Positions 1-12,910 of a stretch of 64,000 nt of DNA are shown piece by piece. Each line of letters opens with the position of its first letter. The stretch's first letter is position 1. A program made the translations under genes and the position numbers. Origin of the DNA: Camelus ferus (taxonomy: Eukaryota); contig NC_045697.1 of assembly GCF_009834535.1 (NCBI RefSeq), positions 48,052,001 through 48,116,000 of the forward strand, read 5' to 3'. The notes below the pieces were generated by a model, which saw only the letters and a program-made list of their open reading frames with translations, did not search any database and was not told where the DNA came from.

Positions 1-640
1 GTCATCTTGCTGAATACTTGCTAATAAATACATGTTCAGCCACTTTGCTCAACTCTTCTTAATCCTAATGCATTTTAATGTCAATTTATACAATGATCTC
101 ATCTGCAAATAATGGTACCTTTATTATTCTTTTTCTGATTTTTTTATCTTTTGTTTCTCTTTCTTGCTTTATTGCACCTGGTGACCCCACCAGTAAAATG
201 ATAACCAAAAGTGGTGATAATGAGCATCTTTGTCTGATTTCAAAAGCTTTTAATGTTTATGATTAAGTATGATATTCACTGTAGTTTTTATATAGATAAC
301 TTTAATCAGATTAAGGAAGTTTTATCTATTCCTGGTTTGCTAGGAGAGTTCTTATTTTTTAATATGGATTAGTGTTGAATTTTATCAAATGCTTTTTCTC
401 TAATGAGATGAATATATAGTTTTTGTCCTTTATTCTGTTAATTTAGTAATTGCATTGATTGCTTTTCATGTTATACTGTCTTTGCATTCCTGGAATAAGC
501 CCAAATTGGTTGTAATATATTATCCTTTTTATATATATCCCTGTGTTTAGCTTGCTAATATTTTACTTAGGATTTTTTGCATGTGTGTTTGAGTGAGATT
601 GCTAGTAGTTTTCCTTTCTTCAATAGCTTTGTCAAGTTTT

Positions 641-780
641 TTTTTTTTTTAACATTTTTTATTGATTTATAATCATTTTACAATGTGTCAAATTCCAGTG
701 TTCAGCACAATTTTTCAGTTATTCATGGACATATACACACTCATTGTCACATTTTTTTCTCTGTGAGTTATCATAACATT
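641..780 (-). mobile_element. Young 5'-truncated L1 3' end (camelid-type) nested in old L1
   Basis: Poly(T) start; perfect 13-bp TSD TTTGTCAAGTTTT at 628-640 and 781-793; homologous to copies at 1717 and 61221. Confidence 0.85.
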
Positions 781-1716
781 TTTGTCAAGTTTTAACATAA
801 AGGTTATACTGGCCTCATGAGCCTCATGAAAGTTACTGGAAATTATTTTCTAATTTTCTATTATTTGGAAGAGTTTCTCTAAGATTGGTGTTCTTTCTTA
901 ATTGTTTGGTAGAGTATATCTGACCCTGGGGTTTCTTTGTAGGAAGTTTCAGTTACTGATTTAATTTCTTTAATAACTGTAATACTTTTCTGATTTTCCA
1001 TTTCTCTATCAGTTTCTGAAAGTTTTGCTGATTTGGTAATTTGCATATTTTATCTAAATCTTCAAATTTATTGATATACAGTTCAAAATATCTTTTTATG
1101 ATGTTTTAATGTCCATTTAATATATAATGATGTACTCTTTTCCATTCCAGATATTAGTTATTTGTGTTGCCTCTGTTTCATGACTAGATTTGCTCAGGGA
1201 TTTATCAGTATTTTCTTTAAAGAAAAGAACCAATTTTTAGCTTTGTTGGTCATCTCTATTATATGTTTTTCCCCCCAATATCAGTAATTTCTTATCTTTA
1301 TTTGTTCCTTCTGGTTTCTTTGGGTTTCATTTGCTGCTTTTCCCCCCAATTCAAGATAAACACCTCAGTCGTTCACTTTTAGATTTCCTTTTTTTTTTTT
1401 GGTCTGATGTAATCATCAATAAATCTCCCTTTAAATATGGCTTGTAGCTGCATCCCACAAGTTTTAATTTGTATAATTTTCTTTATCATTCAGTTCAGCA
1501 TATTTTCTAGTAGCTCTCATTTCTTCTTTGATAAGTCATTTAGAAGTTTCTTTGTTTTTAGGGGAATTTTTCTAGTTTTCTTTGTTGTTGATTCCTAGCT
1601 TAATTCCAGTGTGGTCAGAGAGTATGCTTTAATTGACTTAAATTTTTAAAATGTGTTATTACCTAACACATGCTTACGTTTTGTGAATGGTTAAATATGT
1701 AGTTAAAAAGAATGTT

Positions 1717-1962
1717 GGGTGGGAAGGGACAGAATGGAATTTCAAACTTCATAGATACTGACAGGCATATGTAGAGTGGATAAACAGGATTATACTGTAT
1801 AGCACAGAGAAATATATACAGGATCTTGTGGTAGCTCACAACGAAAAAAAAAGGTGACAATGAAAGTATGTATGTTCATGTATAGCTGAATAATTGTGCT
1901 CTATGTGGGAATTTGACACAACATTGTAAAATGACTATAACTCAATAAAAAAATGTTTAAAA
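1717..1962 (+). mobile_element. Young 5'-truncated L1 3' end (camelid-type)
   Basis: Ends ctcaataaaaaaatgttt plus A-tail; TSD AAAAAGAATGTT at 1705-1716 and 1963-1974. Confidence 0.85.
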
Positions 1963-4900
1963 AAAAAGAATGTTCATTCTGTGGTTGTTTGATGCAGCAT
2001 TCTATGTGTATTAAAGTTTATTAATTGTTTTAATGTGTTATATATACTTAGTGATTACTTTTTTATTCACTACTGATAGGGCTATGTTAAAGTGTCCCAC
2101 TTTGTAGATTTGTTTATTCTTGTAGCTCTTACAGCTTTTAATTGTATATATTGAGGGTGTATTTTCATGTGTTTTTTCTTTCTAATTATTTGAAACTTTT
2201 TTCATTATGCTGTTCTTATTACTTTGATATTAATATAACTTCATGAAAAAAGATAGTTGTATGAGTTCTGTTTTGTTTGAATTTGCACTGTATATCTTTC
2301 TCTGGTTTTTTTATGTTAAACCTTTCTTTATTCCTTTTTTTTTTTTTAAGTATTTCCTTCTGTCTGCTCTGGGTTAATTTTGTTCTTTTTGTTTGAAGTA
2401 AAAATATATATTGTTGATGTGAAAGCTTTCCTCTTGTTTAATGTGAGTATGTAGCACTATATACTATGTATTTTCCCTCTCAGAACTCCTTTAGCAGCAT
2501 TCCATACATTTTGATATGTTGTATTTTAATCTGTTCAATATATATTTTAAAATTTCCTTTGAATCTTCCTCTTTTTTCATGGATTATTTAGAAACGTCTT
2601 ACTTCATTTCCTGTTGTCTGTTAGTAACTTTTTATTTGATTCCAGTTTGGGACGTGTTGGGAAACATTCTGTATTATTTCCATTTTTTAAAATTTACTGA
2701 GGTTTGTTTTATTGTTTATCTTGCTAAATATCATATGAGTGCTTGAAAAAAGTACATATTCTGCAGTTGTTGGGTAGAGTATTCTGTAACTTTAAATTAG
2801 ATCATATTGGTTGTTGGTGGTATTTAATTCTTTTTTTTTTTGTAACTTTCTATCTAGTAGTCTTATTAAATGCTGATATTACAGTGCTGAAATTGCCAGC
2901 CGTGATTGTGGATTTGTGTATTTCTTCTTTCAGCTTTGTCAGGTTTTGCTTCATGCATTTTAAAGTTGTGTTGTTTGGTGTATACATATTTAGGATTGCT
3001 GCATCTTCTTGGTGGATTGATCTTTTCATCCTTATGTAATGATCTTCTTTGTTCCTAGTATCATCTTTGCTCTTAAGTTTACTTTGTCTTATATTAATAT
3101 AACCACTCTACTTATTTTTTGTTTAATGTTAGCATGGTGTATTTTTTTTAAATCCTCTTAGTTTCAACTTTATGTTGTTGTATCTGAAGTGAATTTCTTG
3201 TATCAGCGTACAGTTGAGTTATGTGTCATGTTTTTTATCTACTCTGTGAAGTTTCCACTCTTTTAACTTGTATATTAGCCCATTTACATTTTAAAGTAAT
3301 TATTGATATGTAGAACTTAAGTCAGCCATTTTATTACTTGTATTCTGTTTATTTCCTTTGTTTCTCCTTCATTTATCTTTTTTTGGTTTCTTGTGGATTA
3401 GTTAAACTTTTTTTTTAGGATTCCATCTTATTTTATATATCTGTTTTTGAGTATATTGTCTTGTATAGTTTTTTAGTGGTTAACTGAGATACGAAAATAT
3501 ACATACTTAGCACAGTCTATTGATAATGGTGTGTTATCACTTTAAGTGAGCTATTGATGTCCCACTTCTGTTTAAGCCCCTTCACCCTCCCTGCTTTTAA
3601 AATGTAATTGTCCCTACGATTTCCTCTGACTGCACTGAATACCACCACACAGATGTTACAGTTTCTGCTTCAGCCAGCAGATGTGATTTAAAAAGCTCAT
3701 GTGAGCAAGGTTCATCTATTATGTTTACCCCTAATTTTACTCATTCCTTGTTCCTTCTGTTTCTTCTGCTGTTATTTTCTTTTTGTCTAGAGACCTTCCT
3801 TTAGCCACTTGTTTATGGGCAGGTCTGCTAGCAACAAAGTCTCTTAGTTTTCCTTTGATAACGTCTTTTTTTTCCCCTTGATTTTTGAAGGAAAGTTTTG
3901 CTGGACATAGAATTTAAGGTTGAAGTTTTCTTTTAGCACTTGAAAAATGTCGTATCACATCTTCTGGCCATCATGGTTTTAGGAAAGAAACCCATTGTTC
4001 CCCTTAAGACAATGTGTCATTTCTCTGGTATTTTTGAGATTCGTTGTCTTTAGTTTTCAGCAGTTTCATTACGATGTGACTTTGTATGGATTTCTTTGGA
4101 TGTATTCTGTTTGAAGTTTGCTCATCTTCTTACACTTGTATGTTTATGTTGTTTACTAAATTTGGGGATTTTTAGTCTCTTAGAATTATCTTTAGAATAC
4201 TCTTTAAGTCTACATTCTTTCTCCTCTCCTCCTGGAGTCTGATGATAAGAATCTTAGATCATTTGTTAATAGTCCCACAGGTCCCTCAAGCTCTGTCCTT
4301 TTTTTTTTTTTTTTTTTTTAGTTTTCTTTTTATTGTTCATATTGAGTAAATTAATTCTCCTGATTTGTTCCCAAATGCATTTGTTTTATCTTTTGTTATC
4401 TCTATTATTGTGCCCTTCCAGCGAGTTTTATCATTTTGGTTACTGAATTTATCAGTTTAATAATTTCTATTTGGTCTTTTAAAAAGTGTGTAACTTTTAT
4501 TTCTTTGCTGGGGTTTTCTATATCTTCGTTTGTTTTTTAGAGAATTTGTAATTAGTTTTGAAGCAGCTCTGTGATGACTGCATTGAAATTTCTGTCAGAT
4601 AATTTCAGTGTATGAATCATCTCTGTGTTGTCTGTTGGTAGTTTTTTCTCACTTAAGTTGTGATTTTCCTGGTCTTTGGTATAATCTGTGATTTTCACTT
4701 GTGCCCTGGATATTTTGAATATTAGGAGACTCGACCATTTTAAAATCTCAGTAGCAGGCAACTACCCATTTTAGGATTAGCATGTGAGTTCTGCTTGCCC
4801 TTCCAGGATCTCAGGTAGAACCCCCACTGTGGGGAGACCAGGCCCAGTGCTGCTGGCTGCTGTGAGGTGTGGGGTGGGTTGGCTTTCTTGGGCTCTGTTG

Positions 4901-5484
4901 ATGTTGCCCCTGCCACTGGGTGTGGTTTCCCACCTAGTCCCTGCTGGCCTTCTCCCTTTTCACTCCTTTGGCAAAAGAAATCAGGCTTTTCTTGCTACTC
5001 CCTACCACCCCTCTGGCCCCCACCCCAATTCCTGGTGGCTTCAAGGCTGGTTGTAGGGCTATCTAGAAGTTAGTGTGGCATGTATGGGATATAAAATGTG
5101 ATAAACAACTGTTCTCCTGTTTCCAGGTATGATGCTAGAGACTTATGAAGATGCTAACTGCTGTCTCTTGTGTTCATTGTAATGAGAATAGACTTATCTT
5201 CAATTATGACCCAAATTCTGGTGCTTTGTCTAGGACCATACAGATTTTTCTATTAAGCAGTCTTTATTTTATTTGCTAGTTGCCCATATAACTCCATATT
5301 CCTGTCCTTTGTCATATCATTGGCCATGCAATTTCATCTTTGAAAAAAGTCAATTTTAAGTATATGTCACACATATTATTGTCCTTATAAAGATGGGTGT
5401 GTATCCTTGTAGACATTTCTGTAGACATTTACACACAAAAATTATACCAGCAAGTTTTATGGTATTTGTGTGTGTGTTTAAAAT

Positions 5485-5562
5485 TTTTTTCTAATAAAAT
5501 GTATCATTTTTATTAATATATCATTTTTTCTAATAAAATGTATCATTTTTATTATTTATCAT
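5485..5562. repeat. Tandem duplication, 39-nt unit x2
   Basis: ttttttctaataaaatgtatcatttttatt at 5485 and 5524. Confidence 0.85.
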
Positions 5563-6452
5563 TTATTTTTCTTTTTTTCACTCAGCAGTATTTCTTGTAT
5601 ACCTTTCCGCTTTAGCGTACATGTATCTTTTTTTTCTTTTAAACTGTAGCATAGACTTCTGTAAAGTGGATATTTGCCATTTACCATTGTTTTTGCTATT
5701 ACAAACGATGGTGTAATGAATATCTATTTGAATGCTGCTTTAAGCAGATAGGGCTGACCCCAAGAAATAGAACTGCTGGCTCACAGGCACAAGAATGTTT
5801 TAAATTTTAAAAGGTGATGCCAATTTGTCCTCTCAGATAGCTCTACCAATTTGTATTCCCATCAGTTATACATTCAGGTATCTATTTCTTATTACCTTTA
5901 CCAACCTTCGATATTATTAAACTTAAATTTTACTTTTTTGGTCAACCTGGATAAAGACCTGCTAACTCATCTTATAATTTTTCCTGGTTACTGGTGAGAG
6001 TGTATTTTCCTATGTTTTTGTTCTTTGATTATTTTGGAGAATACTGTACATTTTACTTACACTGATATATGGTGCTGTGTTAGTTAAAATGTATCAGTTA
6101 AGATTTGGAAATGACATCACCTTACTTGTTTTATTTTGATAATTTTCTTGCTTTCTTAATTTTTAACCATTTGCTAATAAGGATCCCAGCAGCTAGAAAG
6201 TTCTTTGTTTACTCTTCATTATGTTTATATAATTGGCTTTCCATTTTTGAGATAGTTGCCATGATTCTGGCTTGGTACCCCTAGCAGGCATGATTATTTT
6301 CCAGAATTCAGTGTGTTGAACCAGCTGGATGGTTTGTTTGTCATGTTATGATAACCTTCATTCCTTTCCCGGCAAGATATGGACTATGCAAAATAATGTT
6401 TATTTCACTTTGGGCAAAGTATGGCTCCTAAAACAGGCATCTTTTAGGTAGA

Positions 6453-6930
6453 CTTTTTCCTGTACAATGTAGTTCTTATCTCTTGCTCTGCATTGACATT
6501 ATAAAAGAGAGAAAGATTAAAATTAGGAAATGAAAGCTTCATTAGAAAATTTAATGTTTATTTTATTTGACTTTGGTCAAAATTTCTGTGACTGGATGAA
6601 CATAGTGTTTTTGCTTTGGAAATACATTTCTTAGCCACTAATTCCCTGGGTAAATCTGTAGACTTGAATCAGATTGTCCTATAATTGCCAATGTTTTGAG
6701 AAGGGAGAAGAAAAAAGGGTAGTTAAATCTTAACTTAGTAAATTTTCTTTCATCTGATCGTTAGGTAGCATTTTGTCCCATGGTATTGATAATCATATCT
6801 GAGCAATTAATGTTTAACCAGTGCCACCTTTTTTCTGTACAATGTAGTTCTTACCTTTTGCTTTGTATTGATATTATAAAAGAAAGAAAGATTGAAATTA
6901 GGAAATGAAAGCCCCATTAGAAAGTTTAAT
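6453..6930 (+). repeat. Non-tandem direct duplication of 103 nt (6453-6555 and 6828-6930)
   Basis: Ungapped manual alignment, 11 mismatches, offset 375 nt. Confidence 0.9.
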
Positions 6931-7368
6931 AATTTTCATTATACATTCACTTTTTTTTTCTATTTCAAAAATGTTTGACTATTTTAGTTCATCAGTGTGT
7001 TGAAACTTCACATAGCTTTGATTTTCCAGTAGGGAACAAGGCTGGGTCAACACAGTTTACATGTATAATTAAGACATAAGGTTCTACTTAAGGTTTTAAA
7101 TAAGTACTTTTCATAACTACTATGTAAGTAGAATTACTATTAATGAATTTCCTCATGTTCTTTTTGGTTATTAATTATGTGTTTTCTGCATAGCTCTTCG
7201 TCAACTTCTTTCACCTTCTAAATCGTCATTATATTTCAGTATTAGATTTTTAAATCAGTTTGTGGGTCATTATAGCTGAAGAGAAAACAAGTTGATTTGA
7301 CGTTATAAAGTAAATGATACTGACTTTAGGAATACAAGAAGTCATGTTAAAAAAATTGTCTTTTCCAG

Positions 7369-7437
7369 TTCATCCAGAGCAGCTTCCTCCGAGGCCATGG
7401 ATTACATTAAAAGAACGAGACCAAATTCTGCCATCAG
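7369..7437 (+). CDS. CNOT6L: CNOT6L coding exon (69 nt, probably exon 6): VHPEQLPPRPWITLKERDQILPS
   Basis: Acceptor ttttccag| and donor CAG|gtaaat; peptide matches the CNOT6L LRR-nuclease linker as I recall it; phase 1-1; too short for the ORF track. Confidence 0.95.
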
Positions 7438-8178
7438 GTAAATAGTTTTTCTTATTCTTTCTTGACTTTTTTCAGAAGTACTTGAAATGCCATTTGGGCT
7501 TTGTGATATAATTAGCAAGGCTTCGTGTTACCTCCCCTGAGTAGAAGAGTTTAAAAATACTGACGGATAAACTTAAAATCCATACTAAGGCTTATGTACA
7601 AGAATCTCTTATCTTTCACAATAATGCAGCTCTTGGTTTTAAAATTATTTCTTGTAATAGAGCTTTCTAAATGGCATCTTCACATAAGGTTGGGGGATTT
7701 AAGAAAAATGATAATGATGAATTTTCTTCTGAAAAATTTTAAACTACTTAGGCACTTAATCTTTCTTGCACATATAAACTGATAACACTTGTAGAAGGAT
7801 AATTTAGACCAAGTCACATTTACTGTATTGAAAACAAAATATGATTCCAGGCCAAAAGTATAGAAATGATCTAGGGTGTAGTTTTGAGGAATTTAATGAT
7901 ATAATTTAACATTTCTAGGATTGTAGTAAGGTAGAAAATACAAACTTTTATCTCTTTGTGTGGACCAATGATGATTTGACATTTATAGGGCTTGTTACTG
8001 CTTATTAGATATTTTTTGATTGAGAATTCTACTTGAAATAGGAATTAATATTTCTCCAGATGCCTTCTTTTTAATCATGTCATATTTTTCATGACATGTA
8101 ACTTTATTTTAAAATTAAAAATGAAAATTTATTATTTATGACGGTAAACTAATCACTGAATACTGATACTTAATATTT

Positions 8179-8244
8179 TTATTGAAGTATAATTGCTTAC
8201 AATATTATATAAGTTACAGATGTATAATATAATGATTCACAAAT
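8179..8244 (-). mobile_element. Short L1 3'-end fragment
   Basis: ttattgaagtataattgcttacaatattatataagttacagatgta; imperfect TSD TACTTAAT(A/G)TTT at 8167-8178 and 8245-8256. Confidence 0.65.
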
Positions 8245-8902
8245 TACTTAATGTTTAAAGGGCAAATTACAAGAATTTTTGTGTACTTTTTAAACAGTAT
8301 AAAACCCTTCTGTTTGTGAGGCGTTTTTTTTTTTAAGGTAAAAAAAAAGACTCAAAAAAAGTCATTTGCTTTGGCATCAGGAAATGTGGGAAGTGTAACA
8401 TCTTCATGGTTCTATTTAAGTTTTAAAAGCACTGAGAAATGTTAACATATATAGTACATTTCTCTATCTTCCAGAGGTAATAATTTTAAAACCACCACAC
8501 CCTAGAGCCATAGTGTCAGCCCAAGTGGCAGGACGTTATTGTGAATAACACTTCTATTTTCAGGGTGCATATTGACTGTCTTAAAAGGAATGCCTAAGAT
8601 TTTCTACAAAGCCTTAAGTTAGGCAGATTTTTGTTTAGCCTTCCTTCATGTGTAATTAATTAATTGTTCTCTTTCTGGCATTAAAATGGTATCAGAAGCA
8701 CCATTTTCTAGTTCTTCACAGTAATCTGTTTTTGAGCATGAGTGAGCATAATCTTGAAGAAGAGCTTTCCTAGTATCGCATACCTACATTGCCATTAAGA
8801 AAAGGAACAATAGAAACACGTCTTCATTTGTTGTTGAATTCTCAGATAATGAATTCTTGGGTATTCCTTATTGAAAACCAGTATGGATTTTTCTTGGGAT
8901 GT

Positions 8903-9235
8903 ATGGTTTCCCCAATGTGTGTCTGTCCATTATAATCATCTGGGATGCTTTTTAAAAATATTAACACACAGACGCTAATATACTGACTTAATTAGTCCAG
9001 AGTAGGGTTTTTTAAGCTCTACAAAGTGATTCTAGTGGGCAGACAGGATAGAGAATTAGTGATTAAAATCAGGGCTTTTCAAACTGATATTTGTATACAT
9101 ATGAATCACCTGGGGATTTGTTAAATTGCAGGTTCTGATTCAGTAAGTCTTTGTGAGGCTGGAAATTCTGCATTTCTGTGTTCCAGGGTGATAACTGATA
9201 CTGCTGGTACTTAGAGCACACTTCTGAGTAGCAGG
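8903..9235. mobile_element. Two adjacent MER5-family (hAT-Charlie) MITEs
   Basis: Characteristic gaatcacctggggatttgttaaattgcaggttctgattcagtaagtct...ttctgcatttct and aatcatctgggatgctttttaaaaat motifs. Confidence 0.65.
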
Positions 9236-9803
9236 CATACAAGCTGCGTTCTCATAATCGTTTACTCATAGTCCTTTTATAGTTCAAAGCATTTTAAAAT
9301 AAGAACCTAATGAGCATTTGATTTGGTAAAAAGGATTCTCTTGTAACTAAATTTTGTCAGTCCCTATTCTGACTCAGAGCAGTAAGAGGCCCAAAAAAGT
9401 ATTATGTATGGGTATTTTGTTTAATACACATTAATACAATTAGAGCCTTTTAATGAGAAAGAAGCGAAAAAAAAGTTTACTTTTGTTCCATTTTTATGTC
9501 AAATTACATGCAAAAAATAGCATTCTGATTTAAAATTTAAATTTTTATTTATTAAAATGTCCTAAAAACTCAAATATAAACTATTAGTCTAATTGTGGTA
9601 AAAGAACTTTGGTGTGATGGACTCCAGTGAAATTTTTGTAGTTACTGTTTAAGAGAATCTTGCCCAAGGCATTTCACAGTGATGATATTTGGGGTATGTT
9701 TGTGTGCCATGTGTGCTTTTGTAGGTGTATACATGATATTGCTTTAGAAAAGATTGCCTAATTTTCTCCCTTTTGTCTGTTGTTTGTTCTCCCACTTCTT
9801 CAG

Positions 9804-9961
9804 CATCATTCACGGTTATGTGTTACAATGTGTTATGTGATAAATACGCCACCCGGCAGCTATATGGCTATTGCCCATCCTGGGCATTAAACTGGGAATA
9901 CAGGAAAAAGGGAATTATGGAAGAAATTGTTAACTGTGACGCAGATATCATTAGTCTTCAG
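9804..9961 (+). CDS. CNOT6L: CNOT6L coding exon (158 nt): ASFTVMCYNVLCDKYATRQLYGYCPSWALNWEYRKKGIMEEIVNCDADIISLQ
   Basis: Long pyrimidine tract ending cttcttcag|, donor CAG|gtaaca; start of CCR4-type EEP domain (YNVL motif); overlaps ORF 9773..9991. Confidence 0.97.
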
Positions 9962-10882
9962 GTAACACTACAGAAATTAAATTGTCTTTAACTTAAAGGT
10001 GAACCTAAAAAGAATAGATCTTAACTTCTGGAAGATTCTGGGTTTGAAGCAAAACTCAAAGGAATTATTTTCTCACCTCTTTAGAAAGAGGGCAGTTTTA
10101 ATAGGCACTCAAGATACAGCTACACTGAAACTATTTTGCTAAGTGCAGCCATCCCATCCACTTACTTACTTTATTCTTCAGTGAAAACAATCTGACTTCC
10201 TGGGAAATAATAAGAAGTAGAATCTTCCAAAATTAAATTTTCTTCAAAACACTGAGCACTGACAGAGAATTGGGGAGGAGGAGGCGAAGAGAAGTAGTCT
10301 TGTTGTAGTTACTTAATTGTCCTCCTTTTGATTCAGCGTCTGTAGTCCTAACAGCCCCACTCTCTTGAAAGTATAGTTTGATAAAAACATCATAGTTTAA
10401 AAAATATTTTCTTATTATAAAAGTAATACTGTATTATAAAGTGTTCATTCTAGAGAAGTTGAACATTTTGAAAAACCCTAACCCCATATCCCAAAGGTAG
10501 TTGCTGTGTTAAAACTTCTGAAGTATTTCTTGTATGCATGTTTTTTAAATTCATTTCCCTATTTATTTACAGATAAATTTTCAAAATAAGAGACCACATC
10601 ATACTGTTGATGTGTTTGCTTCTTTTTTATTGTACTTAATGCACTTTCCATATTATTAAAATTCTCCAAAGCCAATTATATGAATATATAATAATTGATT
10701 TAGCATTTTCCCTGTTGGACATTTCAGGCTTTTATAAGTTTTTACTGTTATAAAATCATGTAGTTAGATAATATTTGTTATGTGAACTATTTTAACTTAG
10801 TCACACCTTACTTATAATGCTGCACCTTTTTATATCTTAGTTTTCCTCTGTCATGTCGATGATAACATGTCTTTCATCTCAG

Positions 10883-11037
10883 GAAGTGGAAACAGAGCAA
10901 TACTTCACTCTCTTTCTGCCAGCATTGAAGGAGCGTGGATATGACGGATTTTTTTCTCCAAAGTCACGTGCCAAAATCATGTCTGAGCAGGAGAGAAAGC
11001 ATGTGGACGGTTGTGCAATATTCTTCAAAACAGAAAA
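10883..11037 (+). CDS. CNOT6L: CNOT6L coding exon (155 nt): EVETEQYFTLFLPALKERGYDGFFSPKSRAKIMSEQERKHVDGCAIFFKTEK
   Basis: Acceptor tttcatctcag|, donor AA|gtgagt; first codon is the metal-binding Glu of LQEVE (E240 by cumulative count). Confidence 0.97.
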
Positions 11038-12716
11038 GTGAGTTTAGGAAACAAAGTATAATAGTGTACTTATTTCTTAAATACCGTACATTCGGAATTG
11101 TCTTTGGTTTGACCCTAAAATAAACAAAAAGCTAGAAAGCAAGTTATATAAAAGTTAAAATTGTTGGTAATGTTTCATTTCTTGGTCCGTGTATTAGAAA
11201 TAAGAAGGTGTTATGTATGAGATGGAGATATGTGTAGATAGATAAGGGAAGACAGAGAGGCACAGAACTTATGAAGGTGAGGAGTTTAAGGGACTGATTA
11301 AGACAGGACAGGGGAAAGCAGTCATGACCTGAAATGGAAAACAACGTGACCTGTGTTTTTTCATAGCTGTAATATAGTTGATTAAAGTACAGTCAAAGAT
11401 AAGAATGTTATGATTCTGCTTATTAAAATATATGAACAATCTTGAGATGCCTCTATACTTTCATATATTTGAGTTTAAAATGGAAAACAGTATCTGTTCG
11501 GAGTAGTTAGAATGAAATGAGGTAATGAATGCATAGGTACTTTGTAAACCATTAAGTGTACTGGAAATATTTTTATTATTGTCATATTTCTCTGTTTCTA
11601 TAACCCTTTGAAATTTTAGTATTTCTCTCTTACTGGGTTTATTATGTTGTGTGCATCGAATTTAGGAAGTGCATGTCCTACTTGAGAGTGCAGAGCTGTA
11701 ACACACTCAGAAGTTTCTCTCTTGAATGCTGGTTGAGTGAATAGATGGTTAGAGACAGCTTCTTTTCGTTATCATCCTGAGGAAAAGGGAGAAGCGTATT
11801 TTTGCCTTATAAAGACTACCAATTTTACAGTGGAAAATTTGAAGGAGCCTCCAATAGAAGATTGAAATGTGTGGAGTCTGATAGAGGTTATATCTTATAG
11901 TTAATAATTTGGATTTGATACATGAAACCAGAGAATCATCTACTAATGGAATAAGCATATACACACTTGGAACTATTTTGCAATATTTCTCTGTTTAGTT
12001 CCTAATATAACAAAGCAGTTCAATGTTTTTATTTATATAAGCCTATTACCAGCATGACATGTTATTTTAAGTAAGTGAATTAAGTGAATTTGAACAGTAT
12101 TTGAGCCACTTCTCATCTATTTCTACCTACTTTTGTATCTTTTCTGTAAATCTTTAATAGAGATGTTCTCATTTGTTTAATTATTAGTGCATAGCCTTCT
12201 ATTTGAGGTCAGGGTATACTAAATTCTTCTAGTGGGTTGGTGACTTTCTGTTTTACAAATTTTAAAATAACAATAGCCATTAGGTTCATAGTATTTACAT
12301 GTCAGGCTTTTTCTTTTGTTTATATGAATTATGTTATTTAATTTTTAAAGCAATCCTCAGAGGTAAGACTGGAGCTATTTCCTTATTTTTATAGACAAGG
12401 TAACCAAGACACAGAGTATCTGGCTTTATAGTCAATACTTTAAACACTGTACTAAACTGAACCTTTAGACTTCTTGTTTCAGCTTCCAGTATCACTTGTA
12501 TCTCTTAGAAGATTGCCTCATTTGGAAAAATTGCCTTGAACTTTCTTCTTAACCTGTATTTATACGCAAATTTCCTTGAAACACCATAATTTTTAAAAGT
12601 ATTAACATTGAGACAGGTGACATCAACCTGTTCTTCCATTTGCCATTGTTTCTTTCTAAAGATAATACATAAAATTTTTATCACTCCCTTCACAGTTTTT
12701 TCCCACCGTTTATTTC

Positions 12717-12910
12717 TTTTTAATTGAGTTATAATTACCATGCAGTATTATATTAATTTCAGGTTTAGGACATGATTTCATATTTTAATACATTATGATT
12801 TGATCACCGCTGTACAACCAGTAACCATCTGTTACCACATAAAGTTTTTACAGTACTATTGACTGTATTCCCAACGTGTACATTATATCCCTGTGACTTA
12901 CTTATTTTAT
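12717..12910 (-). mobile_element. L1 3'-end fragment (L1MA9-like)
   Basis: ttttaattgagttataatt...accatctgttaccacataaagtt...tattgactgtattccc. Confidence 0.65.

Larger units (their letters stand above)
60..5070 (-). mobile_element. Old, fragmented LINE-1 (L1M type), ORF2 through ORF1/5' region
   Basis: T-rich sequence with antisense L1 ORF2 hallmarks (atctgcaaat, gtggtgataatgagcatctttgtct, ttgcattcctggaataa, tagctgcatcccaca, ctggacatagaatt); limits approximate. Confidence 0.75.
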
